64,000 bases of DNA, taken from NCBI GenBank assembly GCA_013334825.1, contig JAAXWR010000001.1:11769-75768 (forward strand), written 5' to 3'. The translations under genes were made by a program, and so were the position numbers. The notes under the pieces are model-generated. The model was not told the origin of the DNA and searched no databases. It saw only the letters and a list, made by a program, of their open reading frames with translations. The stretch comes from Candidatus Yonathbacteria bacterium. GTDB lineage: Bacteria > Patescibacteriota > Minisyncoccia > Phycocordibacterales > JACNGX01. Position 1 is the stretch's first letter. Every line of letters begins with the position of its first letter. Positions 35,146 to 44,950 of the stretch are shown here, in pieces.

Positions 35146-38100
35146 ATGAGTACTCAATCCAAATTCTCGAAGTTGGTTGCAGGTCTCGTGGGGTTTTCTA
35201 CAGCCTTCATGATGATCGGCACCGCTTCAGTTGCGGAAGCTGCTGCTTTGACACAGAGCCAAATTGACGCCATCGTCTCTTTGCTCCAGTCATTCGGCGC
35301 GGACTCGCAAACCATTGCGAACGTCCAAGCTTCTCTTTCAGGTGGCACTCCGACCGGCGGTTCTACTACCGGCGGAACCACAACAGGTACGTGTGCGTAC
35401 ACATTCGCCACGAACTTGAAACAAGGTATGACAAGCACCGATGTGATGAACCTCCAAAAGGTTCTGAACAAAAACGCTGCCACCCAAGTTGCCGCCACGG
35501 GCGTCGGCTCAGCGGGTAATGAATCCACGTACTTTGGTGCAATGACCAAAGCCGCCGTTGTAAAGTTCCAAGAACTTTACGCAGCTGACATTCTTACACC
35601 GGTCGGTTTGACCGCGGGTAACGGATATGTCGGTGCGGGCACACGTGCCAAATTGAACGCGGTATGCGCGGGTGGCTCCACAACAGGTGGTTCCACTACG
35701 ACCGGTACAGGCGTGACGGTTTCTTCCGCCACCCAGCCGGCAAACTCGCTCGCGATTGAAAACGCGGCAAATCTTCCGTTTACCAAATTTACGCTCACCA
35801 ACAACGGTTCGTCCGATGCAACGGTGAACAGCGTAACAGTTGAACTCCAAGGTTTGGCTCAAAAGAGCGCGTTTGACAGCGTTGTCCTCTTGGACAATGA
35901 TGGTCAACGCATCGGTCGCGCGCGTTCGTTGAATTCCAACGATCAAGCGACCATCGGCGAAGCAGTCGTCATCAAGGCGGGTGCTTCCAAAACATTCACC
36001 GTCGCTGCAAATATGGATGCAGACCTTGCTTCTGAAGCAGGTGAAGTCGCCAATTTTGCGGTTGTTGCCGTGAATACGAGTGCAACCGTTTCTGGTTCAC
36101 TCCCGATCGTCGGTGCAAGCCACACAACTAACGCGACACTCGCGATGGGAACGGCTGTTATCGATGAAGGTTCCAACCAACCGAATGACAACGATGACGT
36201 TGAAGTTGGTGACGAGAAAGAAGTTCTCGCCTCTGTTCAAGTTGAAGCTGGTTCTGCTGAAGACGTTTCTGTCAAGAGCATCCGCTTCTACCAAACAGGT
36301 TCCGTTTCTTCCTCTGACCTTTCAGGTTTGAAGATTGAAGCAGATGGCGATGACTACACCGTTTCTGTATCATCTGACGGCAAGTACTACACCGCTACTT
36401 TTGGAAATGGTATCACCATTGAAGAAGGTCGTGATTTGGACTTCAAGCTCGTTGGAGATATTGACTCCGGTTCTGGTCGCACGATTGAATTCGAAATCGA
36501 TGAAAACACTGACGTCGTTGTTGTAGGCAAGACCTATGGCTACGGTATCACCCCGACGGGAACATTTACGTCTTCAACACTCGATATTACGGGTGGAGAA
36601 TTCCAATCGTTCTCTCGCGACAATGAAACATCTTCGGCAAATGTTGCCGTTGAGAAGTCTGGTGAAGTGCTCGGTGGATTCCTTATCGAACTCACTGGTG
36701 AAGCCATCAATGTTGATGACATGACGATCTATGTTGATCTTACCAATGCCGGTGGCGCAGCTGCCGATGTTGCAGACATCACAAACGTCAAACTCGTTGA
36801 CGAAGACGGTACTGTCCTTGCTGGACCAGTTGATGGTGATTCCACCAACTCTGGTGCACATGAAGGTTCCATTCTCTTTACAAACGTTACTATCCCGTCC
36901 GGTGAGACTCGTCTTATCGTAACAGGAGAACTCGGTGACGCGTTTGGAACAAACGAAACTGTTATCCTTTCTACAAATCCTTCAACGGATTGGGACGATG
37001 TCCGCGGTGAAGACACCAACGATGCCGCCACCTTGCCGAACGTAACCGTAAGCGCCCACACCATGACGGTGAAAGCCGCTTCTCTTACCGTACGCAATCT
37101 TGCCACACCGGCCGCGCAAAACGTGGTTGCTGGTATGAAGGACTTCGTCTTTGCCAAGGCAGCGCTTGACGCGCAGGATTCTGGTGAAGATGTCGAAGTA
37201 ACAAGCATTACTGTTGATGTTGCAGTTGCCGATGACGCCACTGTTGGTGATCTCGACAATATGGAAATCTGGACATTGAAGTCCGACGGTTCCCTCAATG
37301 TCAAAGTATCTGATACCAAGAACATCACCGCAGCTTCAACTGCATTCGATCTCCGCAGCGACATCGTTGTTGCCAAGGGAACGACTGTAAACGTTGCAAT
37401 CGTTGCCGACATTTCAAGCGGTGCGACACGTAACGGTGATGCAGGTGATACATGGACTGTTGACGTTTCTGACGCTGAAGCCGAAGGTGCCACATCCAAT
37501 GTGGATGCCGACCCGTCTTCAATCGGTGGTACGAACGGTCAAGCAATGACGCTTGCCGAGAATGCTACTGTTGCAGTAACTATCGACTCTACATCTCCTG
37601 AAGCAACCTTCGTACTTGATGGTTCTGAAACAACTCTTGCAGTCTTCCAATTCGAAGAAACTGCGAACGTTGAAGATGTTAACCTCGAGAAGATTACCCT
37701 CGATGTAAACCCAGGTGTTGATGATGCCGTGGATACCTACAAGGTATACAAGGGCTCAACACTTGTTGGTGAAGCTTCCGGCGGTTCTGCTGACGTTGCA
37801 ATCACATTGAACAATGTGGTCATCGCCAAGAACAGCAAGGTTGATCTCACCATCAAGGGTGTGATGGCAGATGTTGACGGAACAACCGTACAAAACGGTG
37901 ATACTGTCGCCCTCTACGTCACTGCGTACGAAGCAACAGGCAAGACTTCTGGAACGTCTCTTGACTCTTCCGCGAACTCTTCCTCTGCTGCAACGCACAC
38001 CTTGTACGAAGCATACCCGACCGTTGCCTTTGACAACACGGGTGTGAGCACGACTCTTGTGAACAATGCCAATCATTTGCTCGCCAAGATCAAAGTAACG

Positions 38101-38517
38101 AACAATGGTTCTGAAGATGTCACGTTCAACAACGCTGACACGAACACATTGACCGTTCAGATCAACAGCGTCAGCGATGACTCTGACACTGCCGCAGCCG
38201 AAGCGCTTTCTCTCCGCGATGAGAATGGAAACATTCTTGACAGCAACCAGACGTTCAACAACGTCACTGGTGCGGAAGTAACCTTCAACCTCGACGGTGC
38301 CTACACGGCAGGACTCACAGTTGGTCCGAACTCGTCCAAGTACTTCTACCTCTACGCTGATACCTCTGATCATGAAGATGACGGAGACAGCATCCAGGTA
38401 TGGCTTGACGACACCGCTGGTGACCTCGTCTTCGGTATTGACAGCACGGGTGCTTACAACGCTGGAGCGGTTGCCTTCAAGGGTGATCTCTACGGTCCGA
38501 CCCACGTCAATCCGTAA
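35146..38517 (+). CDS. S-layer-like major surface protein with peptidoglycan-binding (PG_binding_1) domain
   Basis: Signal peptide 'MSTQSKFSKLVAGLVGFSTAFMMIGTASVAEAA'. 'LKQGMTSTDVMNLQKVLN...YFGAMTKAAVVKFQELY' is a PGBD fold. Over 900 aa of T/S/G/D/V-rich beta repeats. Markedly more GC-rich, with strong codon bias typical of highly expressed genes. Confidence 0.7.
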   Translation: MSTQSKFSKLVAGLVGFSTAFMMIGTASVAEAAALTQSQIDAIVSLLQSFGADSQTIANVQASLSGGTPTGGSTTGGTTTGTCAYTFATNLKQGMTSTDVMNLQKVLNKNAATQVAATGVGSAGNESTYFGAMTKAAVVKFQELYAADILTPVGLTAGNGYVGAGTRAKLNAVCAGGSTTGGSTTTGTGVTVSSATQPANSLAIENAANLPFTKFTLTNNGSSDATVNSVTVELQGLAQKSAFDSVVLLDNDGQRIGRARSLNSNDQATIGEAVVIKAGASKTFTVAANMDADLASEAGEVANFAVVAVNTSATVSGSLPIVGASHTTNATLAMGTAVIDEGSNQPNDNDDVEVGDEKEVLASVQVEAGSAEDVSVKSIRFYQTGSVSSSDLSGLKIEADGDDYTVSVSSDGKYYTATFGNGITIEEGRDLDFKLVGDIDSGSGRTIEFEIDENTDVVVVGKTYGYGITPTGTFTSSTLDITGGEFQSFSRDNETSSANVAVEKSGEVLGGFLIELTGEAINVDDMTIYVDLTNAGGAAADVADITNVKLVDEDGTVLAGPVDGDSTNSGAHEGSILFTNVTIPSGETRLIVTGELGDAFGTNETVILSTNPSTDWDDVRGEDTNDAATLPNVTVSAHTMTVKAASLTVRNLATPAAQNVVAGMKDFVFAKAALDAQDSGEDVEVTSITVDVAVADDATVGDLDNMEIWTLKSDGSLNVKVSDTKNITAASTAFDLRSDIVVAKGTTVNVAIVADISSGATRNGDAGDTWTVDVSDAEAEGATSNVDADPSSIGGTNGQAMTLAENATVAVTIDSTSPEATFVLDGSETTLAVFQFEETANVEDVNLEKITLDVNPGVDDAVDTYKVYKGSTLVGEASGGSADVAITLNNVVIAKNSKVDLTIKGVMADVDGTTVQNGDTVALYVTAYEATGKTSGTSLDSSANSSSAATHTLYEAYPTVAFDNTGVSTTLVNNANHLLAKIKVTNNGSEDVTFNNADTNTLTVQINSVSDDSDTAAAEALSLRDENGNILDSNQTFNNVTGAEVTFNLDGAYTAGLTVGPNSSKYFYLYADTSDHEDDGDSIQVWLDDTAGDLVFGIDSTGAYNAGAVAFKGDLYGPTHVNP

Positions 38518-38606
38518 TCCGTTTGTTCATGATACGAAACGCGCAAGCGTAACGTAACAGAGCAATATTCCTTGCCCTAAAAAGCAGGAAGGGGAGCAAT
38601 CCCCAA

Positions 38607-38635
38607 CAAAAACCCCCGCAAGGGGGTTTTTGTTA
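38607..38635 (+). terminator. rho-independent terminator after S-layer-like gene
   Basis: AAAAACCCCC-GCAA-GGGGGTTTTTGTT. Confidence 0.8.
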
Positions 38636-38639
38636 TGTC

Positions 38640-38895
38640 CCAATCTGCCATACCAAAGCCCACACCAACTCTTCCAACAGTCTGTTTCCCGTACCAAGGT
38701 TAAACCTTGGTAGCGTCGTCCGTCATCCTGAAAAAAGGAGTGTCATCCTGAACTCGATTCAGGATCCACGAAGTCGTCAGTTTCATCTATCGTAGTCTAG
38801 TCGTATTCGTACATTCCCCAGCACCACGTAGGGCGCGGGGCAGGCGTACGTATTCGTTATTCGTTTCCCGTATCAAGGTTAAACTTTGGTAAAAA
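38640..38895 (+). repeat. composite element copy 7 (REP2-like + REP1 + B + A + REP1-like)
   Basis: 'ccgtaccaaggttaaaccttggtagcg' at 38689, B module from 38715, A module from 38800. Confidence 0.75.
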
Positions 38896-38960
38896 TTCTT
38901 TGACATCCTTAAAATATATGGTAATATGGTAGACGGTAAATAGTACATAACATAAAAAAA

Positions 38961-39413
38961 TTGCAAATCATGGATAATCTATTGTTGCTCGCTGTACAGG
39001 CGATTGTTGGAGGTATTCTCTATTGTGTGAGATTCCCTCAAAAAAAGTATGACATGGCACGCGTTATTACGTATGCCATAGTGTACGTTGCAATGGTCGG
39101 GGAAGCCCTGGGACTTCTCTTTGGACTTTTTTTAGAGGGGGCAATTTTTTCCTCCATGACAATGTTGCTCTTTATCGTCTTCGCATTTTCAATGCGGGGA
39201 TGGGACATTGTCGCCAACGATATCATGGCGAAAACGGGTGCAAATTTTTTTTCCGTGCATATGTGCATGGGAAGCATCGCACTCATTTCGCTCACTGGAA
39301 CTATCCTTGGTCCGGTGATCATGATTATGTTTGCAGCAATTTTTACAGGGGCCATCGTGTTTTTCATGGTGATGCTCTCTGCATTTATCGCCCCGCATAT
39401 TGCGGGGAAGTGA
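38961..39413 (+). CDS. hypothetical 4-TM membrane protein
   Basis: 150 aa, four hydrophobic helices. Same terminator-plus-repeat module downstream as the S-layer gene. Confidence 0.5.
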   Translation: MQIMDNLLLLAVQAIVGGILYCVRFPQKKYDMARVITYAIVYVAMVGEALGLLFGLFLEGAIFSSMTMLLFIVFAFSMRGWDIVANDIMAKTGANFFSVHMCMGSIALISLTGTILGPVIMIMFAAIFTGAIVFFMVMLSAFIAPHIAGK

Positions 39414-39427
39414 AGAGTATGAAATAC

Positions 39428-39452
39428 CAAACCCCCGTCCGCGGGGGTTTTT
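39428..39452 (+). terminator. rho-independent terminator
   Basis: AAACCCCC-GTCCGC-GGGGGTTTTTGTT. Shares the 'gggggtttttgttatgtcccaa' tail with 38620-38645. Confidence 0.8.
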
Positions 39453-39640
39453 GTTATGTCCCAACCCGCAATACCAACATTTCTGTACCAACTCTTAATG
39501 TTGGTACAGAGTTGGTATCCTATACCAAGGTTAAACCTCGGGAGTATCTTCTGTCATCCTGAACTTTTTACCTTGCTGAAGCCTTGGCGAAGGAAGGTGA
39601 TTCAGGATCTATGGAGCCGTCCGTCATCTGTTCGTCTCTC
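39452..39640 (+). repeat. composite element copy 8 (REP2 + REP1 + B)
   Basis: 'gtaccaactcttaatgttggtac' palindrome, then 'tataccaaggttaaacctcggg', then 'gtcatcctgaactttttaccttgctgaagccttggcgaaggaaggtgattcaggatc'. Confidence 0.8.
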
Positions 39641-39755
39641 GACATTCGACACTTGTAACTCGTCTTCCGCGCTTCGTTATACACACCCACACCATCCACA
39701 AAATAAATGAGCAGCGATATACTAGAAGTATTATTCGTCGTTATGGTATCTCCCT

Positions 39756-42700
39756 ATGACTACGTATCATCTCACATCTTTTGCTACAATAATCCGTCGT
39801 ATGACAGGTGTTTTCTCGACCGTTTTCGCGGTCTTTTTTATTGTTGCCTTTGGTGTATACAGACCGGGGATATTGGTATATGCGCAATCATCTGATGAGG
39901 TATCTTTTTCTGTGGAAACATTTGGTGCATTTCTTGTTTCAGAATCTTCAGCATTAATCGAGTGTCATATTTCTGGAGCGATACCTGATGAAATACACAT
40001 GTTTGTTCTTCAAAAAGATGAGACATCATCTCAAGAGATAGAGTCAGTTTTTGTTGAGAGATCTATATATCAGTCACCGTTGTTGTATATACAAGCAAAT
40101 CATTCTTATACCTATCAGTGTATTGGGCGAAGTGATGCGGGGGAAGTACGTGGAGAAGAAAAGACATTCATGACGAAAGGGAATGCAACCGTTCTGGCGA
40201 TAACGCATCAAGGAAAGGAAATTCACGAAGGAGATATTCTTTATACGGAAGATTTTCTCTTCCCGACCGATTCGTATGGCATGGTAATGCAGATGCAATT
40301 TTATTGGCCAGTCTGGGTTGAAAATGGGAGAACACTTTTTGCATTGGTAAGGGGTGTCCCAGGACACCTTGAAGGGGGGAGTCCTCTTGATGATGTAAAT
40401 TATGTGTCCAGTATGCAGGTGTGGGGTGAGGGAGTAAACGGTATTACAAAATATATGGGTCAATACGGGTATGATAATAACAAAGTTTCAATGTTAGCTG
40501 ATGCACGTACGATGCCATCTCTTTACACATTCTTCATTGCTGAACGTCCTCCGAGAGACCAATATGTTACAGATGATGAAATAATGACATGGTTCGCTTC
40601 AGGGGGAAGTGAAGGTGTTGCTCCTATACGCCATGCCACAATGACTTTTGAGTATCGTGGTACACGTCGTCACGATACACCTCCAACCCTCAACTATATC
40701 CCTAATGACTCCTATGCCACCGACGCACACATAGCAGGTAGGGGAGTTGAACCCAACAAAGGTGTCGCGGACAAAGACCCGCTCACGTTCGCCACTCTCT
40801 ATACTGACCAAGACGGTGACACCCCCGCTTACGTTCGTCTATGGGTCAAAGACGCGACAGGCACAGACACCTTTTATGACATGACACGCGAAACGGGCGC
40901 TCACGCGCCCGCCCCCCACACCGACGGCAATACCCAAAACGGCGAATGGTACACATTCACTGGCACATTCCCCAAAGGTATATACTCCTACGCATTTCTT
41001 ACTGCCGACACACATGACGGTAACCCCGGTGAAGAAGTGTCATTCCCCGCGCCACTTTCAGGGACACCCACAGACAATCCGCTTTCCTTCACCACCGGCT
41101 ACAGCAATGTCGCATTCCTGCCGGGGATTGGTGGCAGTCGTCTGTATGCGGATTATGGCGTAGGTGAAATGGTGTGGGAACCAAATGACCTTGCGGATGT
41201 TGCGGAAATTCGTTTGGATACAGACACGCATGAAAGCGCCAATCCGTCTATTGTCGTGTCGGGTATCACCGATGAGATACTCCTTCGTCTTGATGCGTGG
41301 CCAACAACGAATGTTTACAAAACGTTCATGCAGTTCATGGATACACAAGTCGTCGGTGCAGGTATCATCAACACATGGAAGCCACTTGCCTATGACTGGC
41401 GCTTAGGTCTTGATACACTTGTTACGCGTGGAACACATATTGATACACGAAATGGCAATGACGTCATTTCATATAACATAACGACAGAGGGGACAAGTAC
41501 TCCGTATCTTCTTTCAGAACTGCGTCATCTCGCCGACACATCTGATTCGGGCAAGGTGTCTCTCATCGCCCATAGTAATGGCGGGCTCCTCGCCAAATAT
41601 ATACTGAAGCATCTCGTGGATACACACGACCCGCTTCTTGACCGTATTGATACTGTCATGCTTGTCGCTTCGCCACAGTGGGGCACACCAGAAGCTGCCG
41701 CGACACTGTTGCATGGCACAACAAAGATTGGCAAAGGCATGGAACGCGACACCGCCGAAACACTGCCGTCCGCGTATCACTTATTGCCGTCAGAAGCGTA
41801 TCTCGAACATGTGCAAACGCCCGTTTTTGTTTTTGACCCCGAAGTATCTTCCATCTCCGACCTTGTTGATTTCGCGGGTCGCGCAATCGGGGGAAGTGGT
41901 GCGTATGAAGCGTTCACTGACTTTATGACGGGACATGCGGGGACATGGACAGAACCAATCGATGTTGATGCCCCCAATGTCCTTGATACAGAACTTCTTG
42001 CCTATGCCAAAGATGTACACGAAGCACTCGACACGTGGACACCACCCGCGCATGTACGAGTTGTACAAATCGCCGGATGGGGTGTTGATACCATACGAGG
42101 CATCGCATACGACAATTGCGATATTCCGTTTTGTCCGCAAACACTGAGCACACTCGACAGGACATTGCAAAAGACAACACTCGGCGACGGCACCGTCGTT
42201 CTTCCCAGCGCGATTGCGATGTCTGGTGGTGTGGAGACGTATTTTTTGAATTTAGATGCATATAATCATTCGGGACTTCTTTATAGTACTCGAAACAGAA
42301 AACATGCTGGAATCTTAGAAGTTGATATCTTAAAAGACTTTCTCAAAAATATCTTTACAAATACAGACCTTCTTCCCGCATATATTTCTACAATAGAGCC
42401 AACGTCTCCTTTGGCAAGCAAAGCATTACATTTCACCATGCACTCTCCCGTTGCCGTGCATCTCTATGACACGGAAGGAAATCATACAGGCATCATCCCC
42501 AATCCCAATAGTGCATCGGACATTCGCGTCTATGAAGAAAACATTCCCAATTCATATTACGAAGAATGGGGTGAAACGAAATACATCGGTGCATCAGATG
42601 ATGGTCCAATCACACTCGTCCTTGATGGCGAAGGAAGTGGTACCTTTACACTTGAGATAGAAGAAACGCAAGGGAACGAGACAACAGCATATACCGTCTT

Positions 42701-43178
42701 TACAGACATTCCTGTCTCTACAACAAGCGCGGGATCACTCACGATTGCCTCTGTATCTGATGTTGGCGCTCTCACGCTCGACAACAATGGGGACGGTACT
42801 CCCGACGTCTATGCATTCACCGACGAGATGAAAGAGGTGATTGATTACGGTATACTAAAAGAAGCGGTACAGGCACTTTCTTCAAATCAAAAGAAAACGC
42901 TTTTGACACAAATCACCCTCATGGAAGCACTTCACAAACGTGGCGCCGTCATCGCCGAAAAAGCACTTCTTCGTGTATTTGATAAGCAAATTGAGACATT
43001 GGTGAATCCAAAACTTCCCGCAAAGGCACGTATAACCATGGCAGAAAAGGTAAAAATTGACGCGATTGTTACTGTATTATTTGAACAACTTGAGGAACCT
43101 GTAAAAAAGAGAAAGAACGATATCCAAGAAAACATAAAGAAATTGAGAGAACGGATAGTGAATGAATTGCGTAAATAA
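39756..43178 (+). CDS. large secreted protein with LCAT-family (lecithin:cholesterol acyltransferase-like) alpha/beta-hydrolase lipase/phospholipase domain
   Basis: Signal/TM N-terminus. 'PGIGGSRLYADYG', 'YDWRLGLD' (LCAT YDWRL motif) and 'VSLIAHSNGGLLAKYIL' (GxSxG nucleophile elbow). Flanking beta domains. A helical K-rich C-terminal tail about 75 aa long. Confidence 0.7.
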   Translation: MTTYHLTSFATIIRRMTGVFSTVFAVFFIVAFGVYRPGILVYAQSSDEVSFSVETFGAFLVSESSALIECHISGAIPDEIHMFVLQKDETSSQEIESVFVERSIYQSPLLYIQANHSYTYQCIGRSDAGEVRGEEKTFMTKGNATVLAITHQGKEIHEGDILYTEDFLFPTDSYGMVMQMQFYWPVWVENGRTLFALVRGVPGHLEGGSPLDDVNYVSSMQVWGEGVNGITKYMGQYGYDNNKVSMLADARTMPSLYTFFIAERPPRDQYVTDDEIMTWFASGGSEGVAPIRHATMTFEYRGTRRHDTPPTLNYIPNDSYATDAHIAGRGVEPNKGVADKDPLTFATLYTDQDGDTPAYVRLWVKDATGTDTFYDMTRETGAHAPAPHTDGNTQNGEWYTFTGTFPKGIYSYAFLTADTHDGNPGEEVSFPAPLSGTPTDNPLSFTTGYSNVAFLPGIGGSRLYADYGVGEMVWEPNDLADVAEIRLDTDTHESANPSIVVSGITDEILLRLDAWPTTNVYKTFMQFMDTQVVGAGIINTWKPLAYDWRLGLDTLVTRGTHIDTRNGNDVISYNITTEGTSTPYLLSELRHLADTSDSGKVSLIAHSNGGLLAKYILKHLVDTHDPLLDRIDTVMLVASPQWGTPEAAATLLHGTTKIGKGMERDTAETLPSAYHLLPSEAYLEHVQTPVFVFDPEVSSISDLVDFAGRAIGGSGAYEAFTDFMTGHAGTWTEPIDVDAPNVLDTELLAYAKDVHEALDTWTPPAHVRVVQIAGWGVDTIRGIAYDNCDIPFCPQTLSTLDRTLQKTTLGDGTVVLPSAIAMSGGVETYFLNLDAYNHSGLLYSTRNRKHAGILEVDILKDFLKNIFTNTDLLPAYISTIEPTSPLASKALHFTMHSPVAVHLYDTEGNHTGIIPNPNSASDIRVYEENIPNSYYEEWGETKYIGASDDGPITLVLDGEGSGTFTLEIEETQGNETTAYTVFTDIPVSTTSAGSLTIASVSDVGALTLDNNGDGTPDVYAFTDEMKEVIDYGILKEAVQALSSNQKKTLLTQITLMEALHKRGAVIAEKALLRVFDKQIETLVNPKLPAKARITMAEKVKIDAIVTVLFEQLEEPVKKRKNDIQENIKKLRERIVNELRK

Positions 43179-43206
43179 ATGTATTTAATCATTTTATTAT
43201 TTTCTT

Positions 43207-43641
43207 ATGCAGAAAAAACAAAAAGGAATTATCATTATTATAGGATCATTTTTTTTAGGACTCTTTCTTACAAGTTTGTATAATCTTCACATATGTCAGT
43301 CGCGGGGTGTCTTTTGTGGAGATATTCTTGGTGAAATGATTGGGCAGACGTTGGGATTCTTCTCCCTTGCCGCACTCCTTCCCGTCATCATCCTCTCTTT
43401 TATGAAAGAAGAGGTCTATGAAAGATGGTGGAAATTCGCAAAAAAATATCTTATCATTTCCGCAATTCTTATCGTCATTACTCCTTCAACAAGTAGTGGT
43501 ATGCTTGGGGGTCTTGGCGCGGGTGGGGGATATGACCGCGAAGGAATGATATGGTTTCTCACGGGACTCTTTTTCGTCATTTCCGTGATCCTTATTCCTG
43601 TCAAAGCGTGGCAATTACGAAACACGTCATCGAAAAAATAA
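43207..43641 (+). CDS. small 4-TM membrane protein, paralog 1
   Basis: Shares 'WWKFAKKYLIISAILIV...GGLGAGGGYDRE...WFLTGLFFVISVILIPVKAW' with 43693..44178. More distantly related to 44447..44905. Confidence 0.6.
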   Translation: MQKKQKGIIIIIGSFFLGLFLTSLYNLHICQSRGVFCGDILGEMIGQTLGFFSLAALLPVIILSFMKEEVYERWWKFAKKYLIISAILIVITPSTSSGMLGGLGAGGGYDREGMIWFLTGLFFVISVILIPVKAWQLRNTSSKK

Positions 43642-43676
43642 ACTATTTCCGTGATGATTGATGTCCTTATTGTTTC

Positions 43677-43702
43677 GTACCAAGGTTAAACCTTGGTAGC
43701 GT
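43677..43702. repeat. REP1 palindrome CGTACCAAGGTTAAACCTTGGTAGCG
   Basis: Seen directly, between paralogs 1 and 2. Confidence 0.8.
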
Positions 43703-44178
43703 TATTACCAATTTATTTTTTTACCAATATGAAATTAAAACCTCTTTCTAACAGACATTCTGGCTATTTGATGTTGATATCTCTTGTTTTGTTTTTTGCG
43801 GGAATGGTTACAGGGGCTCCTCAGTGGTTCGGGCTGTGTCGGATGTTTGATTTTGGGTGTTATGACTTCTATAGATATCATTTTAGTTATCTCTGGTGGT
43901 TCTCCATCTTTATGCCCGTTCCGTTCCTTCTTGGTCTCATGTCATGGGTAAAAAACAAATCTGAAAAAGTATTCATGGCATGGTGGAAATTTGCTCGCGT
44001 CTATATACCCATAGCGCTCATCCTTATCGTCCTCTCTGACGGAGGCGGAGCACTCAGTGGACTTGGCGCCGGAGGTGGTTTTGACCGTGAGATAACTATC
44101 TGGGTTACTGCAGTTATTTTCTTTCTCATTACCTTCATCCTCCTTCCACTCAAATTCAAAACATATAAAAACGCTTAA
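43693..44178 (+). CDS. small 4-TM membrane protein, paralog 2
   Basis: 'WWKFARVYIPIALILIVLSDGGGALSGLGAGGGFDREITIW'. Confidence 0.6.
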   Translation: MVALLPIYFFTNMKLKPLSNRHSGYLMLISLVLFFAGMVTGAPQWFGLCRMFDFGCYDFYRYHFSYLWWFSIFMPVPFLLGLMSWVKNKSEKVFMAWWKFARVYIPIALILIVLSDGGGALSGLGAGGGFDREITIWVTAVIFFLITFILLPLKFKTYKNA

Positions 44179-44184
44179 CTGAAA

Positions 44185-44442
44185 AAAGCGCCGTCATCGC
44201 CGAAAAAGCACTTCTCTTTGCAATAAAAAAAGAAATAGAGAAACATGATTGTGAATTAGTAAAAGTAAAGAAAGGAAGGAAGCCAGTATGTATTGAAAAA
44301 ACAGATGTGCTTGAGCTTTCTGCCCTTCTTGATGCCATGATAGAGAATATAGAGACACCAATAAAAGAAAGAAGAGTTGAATTGAGAAAAAATATTAGTA
44401 ATATAATCAATAATCTAAAGAAATTATTCAAGTAATACTTAT
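44185..44442 (+). other. orphan start-less C-terminal module homologous to the 3' end of the lipase gene
   Basis: Frame reads 'AVIAEKALLFAIKKEIEKHDCELVKVKK...NNLKKLFK*'. It begins with the same 28 nt (gcgccgtcatcgccgaaaaagcacttct) as 42944-42972 inside 39756..43178, then diverges. No start codon. Confidence 0.55.
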
Positions 44443-44446
44443 TTTT

Positions 44447-44905
44447 ATGAAACATAAAAAACAACTGAAAATTATTGAAGGACTTTTGTTTATCTCTTTC
44501 ATTTTTATTGGTGGGATTAGATTTTGGAATGAGGTTTTTGTGAATGACTGTATGTCAATATACAGAAATATCTTTCGCTGTGCTGATGTTTCTCTTTTTG
44601 GTGAACACGCTGAGTATATGCTCATATCTCTTTCTTTGTTTTTCTCCATCTTACCACTCCTCTTTCTAAAAGAGACGATATATAATATTTGGAAAAATTT
44701 TGCAGTTGTTGCTTTTCCTCTCCTTTTGCTTCTCGTCTTCACAACACCAGAATCAAGTGGGGGATTGTTCGGACACACAAGTCTCTTTATTCGTGAAGAG
44801 ATTGCTCTCTACTGCTCCATCCTCTTTCTCATCCTTTCCTACATCATTATTGCCGTACAAGCGTGGAGACACGGGGGGAATAAAAGCACTTCTTCGTGTA
44901 TTTAA
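44447..44905 (+). CDS. small 4-TM membrane protein, paralog 3 (divergent)
   Basis: 'WKNFAVVAFPLLLLLVFTTPESSGGLFGH...IIIAVQAWRHGG' parallels paralogs 1 and 2. The 3' end overlaps a second duplicated fragment of the lipase gene tail. Confidence 0.5.
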   Translation: MKHKKQLKIIEGLLFISFIFIGGIRFWNEVFVNDCMSIYRNIFRCADVSLFGEHAEYMLISLSLFFSILPLLFLKETIYNIWKNFAVVAFPLLLLLVFTTPESSGGLFGHTSLFIREEIALYCSILFLILSYIIIAVQAWRHGGNKSTSSCI

Positions 44906-44950
44906 AAAACACATTGAGACATTGGTGAATCCAAAACTTCCCGCATTTCC
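44880..44950 (+). other. second duplicated fragment of the lipase gene 3' region (about 70 nt)
   Basis: 'aaagcacttcttcgtgtatttaaaaaacacattgagacattggtgaatccaaaacttcccgca' matches 42960-43025 (encodes KALLRVF.K.IETLVNPKLPA). Confidence 0.7.

Noticed and set aside
36729-37499. 256-aa minus-strand ORF inside the S-layer-like gene (also 35154..35549, 35509..35946 and 37756..38505)
   Set aside because: These are antisense open frames produced by the GC-rich, codon-biased + strand gene. Their translations are low-complexity (A/S/T/V-rich) and have no start or RBS context.
23906-39640. Possibility that the dispersed repeats form a CRISPR array
   Set aside because: The repeats are imperfect, modular and irregularly spaced, with no uniform repeat-spacer periodicity. 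They are scattered over 15 kb between housekeeping genes. No cas genes are present.
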